Assembly: GCA_016869645.1 (NCBI GenBank) | Contig: VGDO01000003.1 | Coordinates: forward strand, 14,875-78,874 | Origin: Alphaproteobacteria bacterium | GTDB taxonomy: Bacteria > Pseudomonadota > Alphaproteobacteria > SHVW01 | Direction of reading: 5' to 3' | DNA length: 64,000 bases | Shown here: in pieces, positions 21,191 to 30,175 of the stretch | Layout of the letters: every line of letters begins with the position of its first letter | Numbering within the stretch: position 1 is the stretch's first letter | The notes under the pieces: generated by a model | Databases searched by the model: none | Told to the model about the DNA's origin: nothing | What the model saw: the letters and a program-made list of their open reading frames with translations, nothing else | Made by a program: the position numbers and the translations under genes

Positions 21191-21442
21191 ATGGCTCTCA
21201 ACATCAAATCCGCCAAAGCCGAGAAATTGGCGCGCGAGTTGGCGAAGCGAACCGGTGAGACGATCACCGACGCGGTAACCATGGCACTTGAGGAGCGTCG
21301 CGATCGCGTTGCGCGCGCACGCCGTGGCAAATCCCTGGCCGACGAACTCGATGAGATCGCCAAACGCTGCGCAGCCCTGCCCGTTCTCGACCCGCGCAGT
21401 CCCGACGAGATCCTGTATGACGAAAACGGACTGCCGCGCTGA
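21191..21442 (+). CDS. vapB: type II antitoxin, VapB/FitA-like
   Basis: 83-aa ORF directly upstream of a PIN-domain gene and overlapping it (ATGA). Confidence 0.7.
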   Translation: MALNIKSAKAEKLARELAKRTGETITDAVTMALEERRDRVARARRGKSLADELDEIAKRCAALPVLDPRSPDEILYDENGLPR

Positions 21443-21831
21443 TGGTCATCGACACGTCGGCAATCGTCGCCATTCTCTTCGACGAACCGGAGCGACGAAG
21501 GTTCAACGAGCTCATCGAGGAGGACTCGCATCGTTACCTATCGGCGGCGATGCTGGTGGAGGCGAGCCTCGTTCTCGAAATGAAGCACGGCGACCTTGGC
21601 GCACAAATGCTCGACGTATTCGTTCGTCAGGCGGGTTTCGAGATTGTGCCGTTCGATCGGGATCAGACGAATCTCGCGCGCGAGGCATTTCGTCGGTTTG
21701 GGAAGGGCCGGCATCAGGCGCGGCTCAGTTTCGGCGATTGCTGCGCCTATGCGCTGTCCGCTTTCCCGGGCGAGCCGCTGCTCTTCAAGGGTCAGGATTT
21801 TGCCCATACTGACGTGCTCCCCAAAGTGTGA
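21442..21831 (+). CDS. vapC: type II toxin VapC (PIN-domain ribonuclease)
   Basis: 129 aa beginning MVIDTSAIVAIL.. (PIN N-terminal Asp), with conserved acidic positions later (..EAS.., ..FGDC..). Confidence 0.8.
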   Translation: MVIDTSAIVAILFDEPERRRFNELIEEDSHRYLSAAMLVEASLVLEMKHGDLGAQMLDVFVRQAGFEIVPFDRDQTNLAREAFRRFGKGRHQARLSFGDCCAYALSAFPGEPLLFKGQDFAHTDVLPKV

Positions 21832-21867
21832 TGCCGCCGCGAATCCTGCTGGAGATTGACAAGCTCC

Positions 21868-22917
21868 TTGCGCGTCGACCTCTTTGACTTCGATCTACCG
21901 CGTGAGCTGATTGCCGACCGGCCAGCCGAGCCGCGCGACGCGGCGCGGCTGCTCGTCGTCGGAGAGAAGCTCGCGGATCGCATGGTGGCCGAGCTGGCCG
22001 GCGTGCTGCGCCCTGGCGATCTGCTCGTCGTCAACGACACGCGAGTCATTCCCGCGCGGCTGACCGGTAAGCGCGGCAATGCCGGCATCGAGGCCACGCT
22101 GCACAAGCGCCGGGACGACCAGACTTGGGATGCCTTCGTGCGGCCGGCCAAACGGCTGCGGCCGGGCGATAACATTCGATTTGCAGGCGATCTCCGCGCC
22201 GAGGTTATCGGCAAGGGCGAAGCCGGTGAGGTGACGTTGCGCTTCGATCGCGCCGGCGCCGATCTTCTCGCCGCACTCGAGCGACATGGCGCCATGCCCT
22301 TGCCGCCCTATATCAGACGCGCGTCCGGTCCGGACCCGCGCGACCGCACCGACTATCAGACCGTCTTTGCCGAGAGGCCCGGCGCCGTTGCGGCACCGAC
22401 CGCGGGACTGCATTTCACGCCGGCTTTGCTTCAGGCATTGGAAACCGCGGGCATCGGCCGCGTCAGCGTCACGCTCCATGTCGGCGCCGGCACCTTCCTG
22501 CCGGTCAAGGCCGACGACACGCGCGACCATCGGATGCATGCGGAATGGGGCCTGCTCTCGGCCGAAACTGCGTCGGCGATCAATGCCGCACGCGCCAAGG
22601 GCGGGCGCATCGTCGCGGTCGGCACGACCGCGCTGCGCCTGCTCGAGACGGTGAGCGATCCCGCGGGCCGTATTGCGCCTTTCTCCGGCGAAACCGACAT
22701 CTTCATCACGCCGGGCTACCGTTTTCGAGCGGTCGACCTGCTGCTCACCAACTTCCACCTGCCACGCTCGACCCTGTTCATGCTGGTCGCGGCGTTTTCC
22801 GGCTTGCGCCGGATGCGGGCCGCCTATGACCATGCGATCCGCGCAGGCTACCGTTTCTACTCCTACGGCGATGCCTGCCTGCTTCATCCTCACGCGGAGC
22901 CACCGCCGCAACCATGA
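21868..22917 (+). CDS. queA: S-adenosylmethionine:tRNA ribosyltransferase-isomerase
   Basis: N-terminus [11 protein letters not shown].. and ..PLPPYI.. motifs typical of QueA. TTG 21868 chosen; the ORF opens at TTG 21856. Confidence 0.85.
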   Translation: MRVDLFDFDLPRELIADRPAEPRDAARLLVVGEKLADRMVAELAGVLRPGDLLVVNDTRVIPARLTGKRGNAGIEATLHKRRDDQTWDAFVRPAKRLRPGDNIRFAGDLRAEVIGKGEAGEVTLRFDRAGADLLAALERHGAMPLPPYIRRASGPDPRDRTDYQTVFAERPGAVAAPTAGLHFTPALLQALETAGIGRVSVTLHVGAGTFLPVKADDTRDHRMHAEWGLLSAETASAINAARAKGGRIVAVGTTALRLLETVSDPAGRIAPFSGETDIFITPGYRFRAVDLLLTNFHLPRSTLFMLVAAFSGLRRMRAAYDHAIRAGYRFYSYGDACLLHPHAEPPPQP

Positions 22918-24035
22918 CCTCGGGCCTGGCCTTCACGATTGACACCATCGACGGCGCGGCGCGGCTGGGCCGGCTCGACACCGCCCATGGTTCGGTGCGC
23001 ACGCCGGCCTTCATGCCGGTCGGTACGGCCGCGACCGTCAAGGCCATGACGCCGGAATCGGTGCGTGCGACCGGCGCGGACATCATCCTCGGCAACACCT
23101 ACCACCTCATGCTGCGGCCGACGGCGGAGCGCATCGAACGCCTGGGCGGGCTGCACAAATTCATGAACTGGCCGGGCCCCATCCTGACCGACTCCGGCGG
23201 CTTCCAGGTCATGTCGCTCGCCAAGCTGCGTCGCATCGAGGAGACCGGCGTCACCTTCCAGTCCCATCTCGACGGTGCGACCATCAAGCTGACGCCCGAG
23301 CGTTCGATCGATATCCAGCGCATGCTCGGCGCCGACATCACCATGGCGTTCGACGAGTGCACGCCCTACCCGTCAAGCGAGGAGGACGCCGCCACGTCGA
23401 TGCGGCTTTCCATGCGCTGGGCCGCGCGCTCGAAGGCGGCTTTCGACGCGCGCGCAGGCCACGGATTGTTCGGCATCGTGCAGGGAAGCGTCTACCCTGG
23501 GCTTCGCGCGGAATCGGCCGCGGCACTGACCGATCTCGGCTTTGACGGGTATGCGATCGGCGGATTGGCCGTCGGCGAGGGTCAGGAGCAGATGTTCCAG
23601 GTCCTCGACGCGATCGTGCCGAGGCTGCCCGCCGGCCGACCGCGCTATCTGATGGGGGTCGGCAAGCCCGACGACATTGTCGGTGCCGTGCTGCGCGGCG
23701 TCGACATGTTCGACTGCGTGCTGCCGACACGCTCCGGGCGCACCGCCCAGGCGTTCACGCGCACGGGCACCATCAATCTGCGCAATGCGCGTCATGCCGA
23801 CGATCCGGAGCCGCTCGACCCGGCGTGCCGATGCCCGGCCTGCACGCAGTACAGCCGCGCCTACCTGCACCACCTCGCCAAGGCCGAGGAAATACTCGGC
23901 CCCATGCTGCTGACCTGGCACAACCTCACCTACTACCAGGACCTGATGGCCGAACTGCGCGCCGCAATTTCGGCCCGAGGCGTGTCGGCCTTTGCCGCCG
24001 CCTTCGCGGCACGCGGCGGCGAGGATGGCGGCTGA
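22914..24035 (+). CDS. tgt: queuine tRNA-ribosyltransferase
   Basis: ..PAFMPVGT.., ..LTDSGGFQ.., and zinc site ..[17 protein letters not shown]... Start overlaps the queA stop. Confidence 0.9.
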   Translation: MTSGLAFTIDTIDGAARLGRLDTAHGSVRTPAFMPVGTAATVKAMTPESVRATGADIILGNTYHLMLRPTAERIERLGGLHKFMNWPGPILTDSGGFQVMSLAKLRRIEETGVTFQSHLDGATIKLTPERSIDIQRMLGADITMAFDECTPYPSSEEDAATSMRLSMRWAARSKAAFDARAGHGLFGIVQGSVYPGLRAESAAALTDLGFDGYAIGGLAVGEGQEQMFQVLDAIVPRLPAGRPRYLMGVGKPDDIVGAVLRGVDMFDCVLPTRSGRTAQAFTRTGTINLRNARHADDPEPLDPACRCPACTQYSRAYLHHLAKAEEILGPMLLTWHNLTYYQDLMAELRAAISARGVSAFAAAFAARGGEDGG

Positions 24036-24192
24036 CGCGACCCCTGCTACGCGCCGGGAAAAGGCGACTCCGGCTTTTGGCTGCGTTCCGCCTGGCGACC
24101 GTGATAGATTGGTATGCCGATATCCGGCCCCTCGCCCGCAGCCAAGGTCGCGCCGGGCGGGATTTCAGCGACCTGGGTCCAGACGCCGAAGA

Positions 24193-25431
24193 ATGTCGTC
24201 GCCCGTCACCAGCCGCCCCGGCAAGGGCCCGAGCCAGGAATACCTTCTGCTCGACTATCTGAACCGCCTGTCGGGCAACTGCGAGGCGCGGATCGGCATT
24301 CACGTGCATTTGTCGCGGCTGAAGCCGCACAACCGCAAAGAACACCACACGCGCGTCGCGGCGGCCACCTTCGACTCGCTGATCCAGGCCTATGAAGGCC
24401 AGACCTTCGTGCTGAGCAACTCGGACATCGTGCTGACCTGCAAGGGCGCGCCCCCGGCGGAGATCGACACGACGATCGCCAAGGTGCGCTTCCTGTTCAG
24501 CGACGATCCACTGGGCCAGGGCGACAGCGAAGATGACATCGCGCGCTTCTGCACGCGCTTCAATCTCGAGACCAATTACGAAGAGATGGTCAAGTCGGTG
24601 CAATCCATGCACCGCGACCGCGAGCGCCGTCTGCGCCAGGACGCCACCCTCGGCCGCACCGACCTCGGCATCAAGAAGGGCGGGCGCAAGCCGATCGATC
24701 CCGATCAGCTCGACCGCCTCGAGACCTTCCTGGCGCGCGCCGACCTGTCGAACCTGATGCGCCGCCAGTCGATCGTCGCCGTGCCTCTCAACGGCTATCC
24801 GCAGAGCGTGTTCCAGGAACTCTACATCTCCATCCCCGATCTTCAGCAGACAGTGACCCCCGACGTCGACCTGTTCGCCAATCCGTGGTTGTTCCAGCGC
24901 CTGACCCGTGTGCTCGACAACCGCATGCTGGCCATGCTGATGCGCAATGACGACAGCACGATCGCCAGCTCGTTCAGCATCAACCTCAACGTGCTGACCG
25001 TGCTGACGCCGGCTTTCCTGCGCTTCGATTCGAGCCTCAAGGCGCTCGCCCGGGGCACGATGGCGGTCGAGCTGCAGATGATCGACGTCTTTTCGGACCT
25101 GACGGCATTCTTCTTCGTGCGGGACTTTCTCCGGGAGCGCGGCTACCGCGTCTGTCTCGACGGACTCACGCACCACACGCTCCCCTTCGTCGACCGCGAG
25201 CGCCTCGGCTTCGATCTGCTCAAGATGATCTGGGCGGCCGAGATGGCCGACGACCTCTCGGGCAAGCGCCAGGAGGAGATCAAGTCGCAGATCAACCGAG
25301 CAAGCCGCGCGCGCATCATCCTGTGTCGCTGCGACTCCGAGGAAGCGATTCACTTCGGCCAAAGCGTCGGCCTCAGCATGTTTCAGGGCCGCTACGTCGA
25401 AAAGATGATGAGCAAGGACCGCGTGGTCTAG
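24193..25431 (+). CDS. hypothetical protein with degenerate EAL-like C-terminal domain
   Basis: ORF 23992..25431 trimmed to the first ATG after the tgt stop (412 aa). The C-terminal half follows EAL-domain architecture by eye (..SINLNV.., ..AVELQMID.., ..[24 protein letters not shown].., ..[30 protein letters not shown]) but lacks the EAL and DDFGTGYSS catalytic motifs. The N-terminal half is unassigned. Confidence 0.45.
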   Translation: MSSPVTSRPGKGPSQEYLLLDYLNRLSGNCEARIGIHVHLSRLKPHNRKEHHTRVAAATFDSLIQAYEGQTFVLSNSDIVLTCKGAPPAEIDTTIAKVRFLFSDDPLGQGDSEDDIARFCTRFNLETNYEEMVKSVQSMHRDRERRLRQDATLGRTDLGIKKGGRKPIDPDQLDRLETFLARADLSNLMRRQSIVAVPLNGYPQSVFQELYISIPDLQQTVTPDVDLFANPWLFQRLTRVLDNRMLAMLMRNDDSTIASSFSINLNVLTVLTPAFLRFDSSLKALARGTMAVELQMIDVFSDLTAFFFVRDFLRERGYRVCLDGLTHHTLPFVDRERLGFDLLKMIWAAEMADDLSGKRQEEIKSQINRASRARIILCRCDSEEAIHFGQSVGLSMFQGRYVEKMMSKDRVV

Positions 25432-25457
25432 CTGGGACCGCCGGAGCGATTTCGATC

Positions 25458-25922
25458 ATGGCTGACAAGCCCTATCAGAATCTGACTCAGCTCGGGTCGT
25501 CGGCGCGCTTGCCGGAATCGCCCGACGCCGCACGCATCGAAACCGTGCCCAACCCGCAGCCGGGCACGCTCTACCTCGTGCGCTTCACGGCGCCCGAGTT
25601 CACTTGCCTGTGCCCGGTCACGGGCCAGCCCGACTTCGCGCATTTCGTCATCGACTACGTGCCCGATCGCGCCATCGTCGAGAGCAAGTCGCTCAAGCTC
25701 TACCTTGGCTCGTACCGCAACCAGGCTGCCTTCCACGAGGCGTGCACGCTCGACATCGCCAAGCGCCTCGTCGACGCGCTCAAGCCGCAATGGCTGCGCA
25801 TGGGCGGCTACTGGTACCCGCGCGGCGGCATGCCGATCGATGTCTTCTACCAGACCGGTCCGGCCCCAGGCGATTTGTGGCTGCCCGATCAGGGCGTCGC
25901 ACCCTACCGGGGTCGCGGCTGA
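25458..25922 (+). CDS. queF: NADPH-dependent 7-cyano-7-deazaguanine reductase
   Basis: 154-aa unimodular QueF: catalytic Cys in ..[14 protein letters not shown].. and the ..[11 protein letters not shown].. motif. Confidence 0.85.
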   Translation: MADKPYQNLTQLGSSARLPESPDAARIETVPNPQPGTLYLVRFTAPEFTCLCPVTGQPDFAHFVIDYVPDRAIVESKSLKLYLGSYRNQAAFHEACTLDIAKRLVDALKPQWLRMGGYWYPRGGMPIDVFYQTGPAPGDLWLPDQGVAPYRGRG

Positions 25923-25929
25923 AGCCGCC

Positions 25930-27063
25930 GTGAGCGGCACCAACCAGGCGATCCGCGATCAGGCGTTGGCGCTCGGCTTCGACGCCGTCGGTTTCGCACC
26001 GGCGACTCTCGACCCGTCGGCCAAGGCGCGTTTTCGCGCGTTTCTCGCGGCAGGCAAGCATGGCGACATGGGCTGGCTCGCCGACAAGGCCGACCGGCGC
26101 GACGCGCCCAATGCGCTGTGGCCCGCGGCGCGCTCGGTCGTCGTGGTCGGCCAGAACTATGGCGCCGCCGACGATCCGCTCGCCACGCTGAGCGAGCGAG
26201 GCCGGGCAACGTTGTCGGTCTACGCACGCCGGCGCGACTACCACGACGTCATGAAGCGCCGCCTCAAGGCGCTCGGTCGCTGGATGCACGAGCGCTATCG
26301 CTGCGAGGTCAAGGTGTTCGTCGACACCGCACCCGTGCTCGAGAAGCCGCTCGCCGCGCGCACCGCTCTCGGCTGGCAGGGCAAGCACACCAATCTCGTC
26401 TCGCGCGAGTTCGGCTCATGGCTCTTTCTCGGCGAGGTCTACACCACGCTCGACATACCGGCGGACTTGCCGGCGCTCGACACCTGCGGCACCTGCCAGC
26501 GCTGCCTCGACGTCTGCCCGACCGCGGCATTCCCCGCGCCTTACCAGCTCGACGCGACGCGCTGCATCTCGTACTTGACGATCGAGCACAAGGGCCACAT
26601 CGCCCGCGAGTTCCGCCGGCCGATGGGCAACCGCATCTATGGCTGCGACGACTGCCTCGCGGTCTGTCCGTGGAACCGCTTCGCCCGGGTATCCCAGGAC
26701 AGCGCGCTGGCCCTCCGCCCCGAGCTCGCCGCGCCGCCGCTCGACCGATTGGCGCGGCTCGACGACGCAGCGTTTCGCACGCTGTTTGCCGGCACGCCGA
26801 TCAAACGGCTTGGTCGCGATCGCTTCCTGCGCAACGTGCTGATCGCGATCGGCAACAGCGGCGATGGGGCGCTTGCAGCCGTCGCGCGGGAACGGCTGGA
26901 AGATGGCTCGCCTCTGGTGCGCGCCATGGCGGTTTGGGCGCTGGCGGAGCTCGTAAACCGCCAGGATTTCGCCGCCCTGCGCGCGCGTCACCTGCCGGGG
27001 GAAGGCGATCCGGATGTGCAGGCGGAATGGCGCGCCGCTCAGCCTGACGATGCCGTCGCCTGA
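25930..27063 (+). CDS. queG: epoxyqueuosine reductase
   Basis: GTG start 8 nt after the queF stop. Two 4Fe-4S motifs (CGTCQRCLDVCP, CDDCLAVCPWN) and a C-terminal HEAT-like region. Confidence 0.8.
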   Translation: MSGTNQAIRDQALALGFDAVGFAPATLDPSAKARFRAFLAAGKHGDMGWLADKADRRDAPNALWPAARSVVVVGQNYGAADDPLATLSERGRATLSVYARRRDYHDVMKRRLKALGRWMHERYRCEVKVFVDTAPVLEKPLAARTALGWQGKHTNLVSREFGSWLFLGEVYTTLDIPADLPALDTCGTCQRCLDVCPTAAFPAPYQLDATRCISYLTIEHKGHIAREFRRPMGNRIYGCDDCLAVCPWNRFARVSQDSALALRPELAAPPLDRLARLDDAAFRTLFAGTPIKRLGRDRFLRNVLIAIGNSGDGALAAVARERLEDGSPLVRAMAVWALAELVNRQDFAALRARHLPGEGDPDVQAEWRAAQPDDAVA

Positions 27064-28775
27064 GCTCCCTGTCGATCGCACCAGCGCCGCCACAGACGCC
27101 GATAAGCCTGCTCGAGATCACGCGCGCCGCCCACCGCGTCGCACAGCCGCGATGCGGCCAGGCGTTCGCGCAGCGTGGTTCGCAGCCCGGCCCGAAGGTC
27201 GGCATCCTCGGCGATGGCCGCCGCCTTCGCCACGTAGTCCGCTTCGCTCACGGCGATGCCCTCGGTCAGGCCGGCGGCTCTCAGCATGGCCGCGCCATAG
27301 CGTCCCAGCACGCGATTGCCCTCGAGCGTCACGACCGGGACCCCCATCCACATCGCATCGCCGGTCGTGGTCACGCCGCCATAGGGAACAGAGTCGAGGG
27401 CCACGTCGATCTCGTGGTAGACGGTGAGATGTTCGGTCAGATCTGGCGTCCAGCCACGCAGGTCGAGGCGCTCGGTGGGAATGCCCGCTTGCTTGGCGCG
27501 GGCGATCAGCGCGGCGCGGCTCGAGGCATCGCCGAGCGCCCGGCCCTTGATCAGCAGGCGCGATCCCGGAACCGCGGCCAGCACACCGGCCCACAGGCGC
27601 AGGGCGTGCGAACCCACTTTCGACAGATTGTTGGTGCTGCCGAAGACGATCGGTCCGAAGCGTGGCTCGGCGCGCGCCGGCGGCGCCTCGATCAGCGGCC
27701 GCCAGCGATAGATCAGGGGCACGCGTTCGATCGGCTCGGAAAACTGCCGCTCCATCTCCGGCGGCAGGACCTGATCATCGGCGATCAGGCAGTCGACGAC
27801 ATCGGTGCCCAGACTCATCATCGGCGGCAGCATGGTCTGCACCGGCGCCGGACGGCGCGCCAGCGCGCATAACCGCGAACCTTCGACGAACCCAACCGTG
27901 TCCACCAGGACATCGATGCCATCGGCGCGGATGGCGCGCGCCAGGGCCTCGTCGTCGAGTTGTCCGGTACGGCGCCAAGTCGAGCAGGCGCGGTAGCCGG
28001 CCGTGATCGGATCTTCCTGCGCTTCCGGCAGATCGGAATAGCAGAAGAGGTCGACCTCGGCGCGGTCGTGGCCTTCCAGCAGCGCCAGGAACATGGTCGA
28101 TTGCGTGTGGAAGCCGAACAGCGTTCCGCCGACATAGCCGACGCGCAAGCGCCGCTCGGGATCGGGCTGGTTGGCGTGGCGGGGCGCGGACGGCTTGAGC
28201 GGCGCCGCGTAGAGTGCGCTCCATCGCGTGGCTGCCGCAACCTGCTGCATTCCGTCGCCCGGCACCAGATTGTAGGTGAGGAGGAGGTTGCGCCAGTAGC
28301 GCAGGGTGTCGGGCCGAAATGCCACCGCGGCGGCGAAGTGGGGCAGTGCTGCGTCGGCGTCTCCGGCTGCCAGATGGTTGCCGCCCATGTCGTTGTGTGC
28401 GGCGACATCATCCGGCCGGACGGCGAGCGCGCGCGCGAAGTCGGCGGCCGCCACGCCATACTGTCCGGCGTCCAGCCGGCAGTAGCCGCGAAGGATGGCG
28501 GCCTCGGCGTGGTCCGACTTGCCGCGCAGCGCGCGGCTGAACCATTCGATCGCTGTCGACTTATCCTGACGCTCCAGTGCGATCACGCCCATGAGATGGC
28601 AGGCGTTGACCTCGCCCGGAATCCGCTTCAACAATTCGCGATAGACGGCTTCCGCCTCGGCGCTGCGACCGGCACGCTGGTGCATGACGCCGAGATCGAG
28701 CAGCTGGCCCGGCGTGAGTGCCGTCGCCGCCCGTTTCTGCTCGCGCTCCCGGCGCCGCCGCTCCTGACGGTTCAT
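27039..28775 (-). CDS. TPR-repeat protein with C-terminal O-GlcNAc-transferase-like (GT41-family) domain
   Basis: 578 aa with N-terminal TPR repeats and a C-terminal GT41-like region. Its 3' end overlaps the queG 3' end by 25 nt (convergent). Confidence 0.6.
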   Translation of the reverse strand: MNRQERRRREREQKRAATALTPGQLLDLGVMHQRAGRSAEAEAVYRELLKRIPGEVNACHLMGVIALERQDKSTAIEWFSRALRGKSDHAEAAILRGYCRLDAGQYGVAAADFARALAVRPDDVAAHNDMGGNHLAAGDADAALPHFAAAVAFRPDTLRYWRNLLLTYNLVPGDGMQQVAAATRWSALYAAPLKPSAPRHANQPDPERRLRVGYVGGTLFGFHTQSTMFLALLEGHDRAEVDLFCYSDLPEAQEDPITAGYRACSTWRRTGQLDDEALARAIRADGIDVLVDTVGFVEGSRLCALARRPAPVQTMLPPMMSLGTDVVDCLIADDQVLPPEMERQFSEPIERVPLIYRWRPLIEAPPARAEPRFGPIVFGSTNNLSKVGSHALRLWAGVLAAVPGSRLLIKGRALGDASSRAALIARAKQAGIPTERLDLRGWTPDLTEHLTVYHEIDVALDSVPYGGVTTTGDAMWMGVPVVTLEGNRVLGRYGAAMLRAAGLTEGIAVSEADYVAKAAAIAEDADLRAGLRTTLRERLAASRLCDAVGGARDLEQAYRRLWRRWCDRQGAQATASSG

Positions 28776-28797
28776 CAGCGGTTCGGGATCAGCCGGC

Positions 28798-29991
28798 CTA
28801 TTCGGCCGCCTTGGCGTCGGCGCGGCCGGCGCCGGTCAGGTATTCGAGCGCAGCCGCGACACCGCCGCGCCGGTGCGGCACGCCGGCCAGGGCAAGACCC
28901 ATCTCGACGCCGGCCAAGGTTCCGATCAGCGTGAGATCGTTGAAGTCGCCGAGATGGCCGATGCGGAACACCTTGCCCGCGAGCTTGGTCAGCCCCTGCC
29001 CCAGCGACATGTCGAAGCGCTCGAGGATGACCTGCCGGAACGCATCCGCATTGTGCCCCGCGGGCATCAGCACGGCTGTCAGCGAATTGCTGTATTCGGC
29101 CGGATTGGCGCAGAGCAGCTCGAGGCCCCAGGCGCGCACGGCCTGGCGTGTCGCCTCACCATGCCGGGCATGCCGCGCAAACACCTGGTCGAGGCCCTCC
29201 TCCATGAGCATCGCGATCGCCTCTCTCAGGCCATAGAGCAGGTTCGTCGCCGGCGTGTAGGGAAAAAAGCCGTTCTTGTTGGCGGTCAACATGGGCTGCC
29301 AGTCCCAATAGGACCGGGCGAGCCGGGCCGACTTGGAAGCGGCCAACGCCTTCGCCGAAATGGCGTTGAAGCTGAGGCCCGGCGGCAGCATCAACCCCTT
29401 TTGCGAGCCGGCGACCGTGACGTCGACGCGCCACTCGTCGTGACGGTAGTCGATCGAAGCGAGCGACGAGATCGTGTCGACCATGTACAGCGCGGGGTGC
29501 CCCACCGCATCGATCGCCCGACGCACGGTGTCGACGGCGGTCGTCACCCCGGTCGAAGTCTCGTTGTGCACGACGCAGACCGCCTTGATCTCGCGTTGCT
29601 TGTCGTCGGCCAACCGCGCCGCGATCGCTTCCGGGTCGGCGCCCCGCCGCCAGTCGCCGGCAATCATGTCGACGTCGAGCCCGAGCCGTCCGGCCAGCTC
29701 GCGCCACAGCGAGGCGAAATGGCCGGTTTCGCACATGAGGACGCGATCACCCGGCGCCAGGGTATTGACCAGCGCGGCTTCCCACGCGCCGGTGCCCGAG
29801 GCGGGATAAATCACCACATCGCCTGCGGTCTTGAAGATCGGCTTCAGCCCCGCCAGCACGGCGCGGCCCAGTTCGGCGAATTCCGGTCCCCGGTGGTCAA
29901 TGGTCGGTCGGTCGATCGCTCGCAGGATCCGGTCCGGGACATTCGTTGGTCCGGGGATCTGCAGGAAATGGCGGCCGGCGCGATAGGCCAT
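28798..29991 (-). CDS. class V aminotransferase (serine--glyoxylate / alanine--glyoxylate aminotransferase-like)
   Basis: 397 aa with PLP-lysine region ..VTVAGSQKGLMLPPGLSF... Confidence 0.8.
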   Translation of the reverse strand: MAYRAGRHFLQIPGPTNVPDRILRAIDRPTIDHRGPEFAELGRAVLAGLKPIFKTAGDVVIYPASGTGAWEAALVNTLAPGDRVLMCETGHFASLWRELAGRLGLDVDMIAGDWRRGADPEAIAARLADDKQREIKAVCVVHNETSTGVTTAVDTVRRAIDAVGHPALYMVDTISSLASIDYRHDEWRVDVTVAGSQKGLMLPPGLSFNAISAKALAASKSARLARSYWDWQPMLTANKNGFFPYTPATNLLYGLREAIAMLMEEGLDQVFARHARHGEATRQAVRAWGLELLCANPAEYSNSLTAVLMPAGHNADAFRQVILERFDMSLGQGLTKLAGKVFRIGHLGDFNDLTLIGTLAGVEMGLALAGVPHRRGGVAAALEYLTGAGRADAKAAE

Positions 29992-30011
29992 GGGGTCGAT
30001 CCTCCCGTCAG

Positions 30012-30148
30012 GTCGCGGGCTGGCCCGCGACGGCAGCTGGATTATGCATGCAAAACTAGTCTCGGCAAGGGCCTCGAGTCAGTACGTCAAAAATAATCGT
30101 TTTTGCACAATAAGTTAATTTCAAGGGCGATTTGACCTTTTGCATGCA
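30012..30148. promoter_or_regulatory. AT-rich divergent promoter region with a hairpin and two inverted copies of TGCATGCAAAA
   Basis: GTCGCGGG-ctgg-CCCGCGAC at about 30012-30031. TGCATGCAAAA at 30045-30055 and its reverse complement at about 30138-30148. Confidence 0.4.
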
Positions 30149-30175
30149 ATGTGTCACGTTCAGGGTCGAGTTGCC

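Noticed and set aside
24036-24192. Possible preQ1 riboswitch in the tgt-to-unknown-ORF spacer
   Set aside because: No preQ1-I/II-like compact hairpin with an A-rich tail is visible. The spacer is GC-rich without the expected structure.
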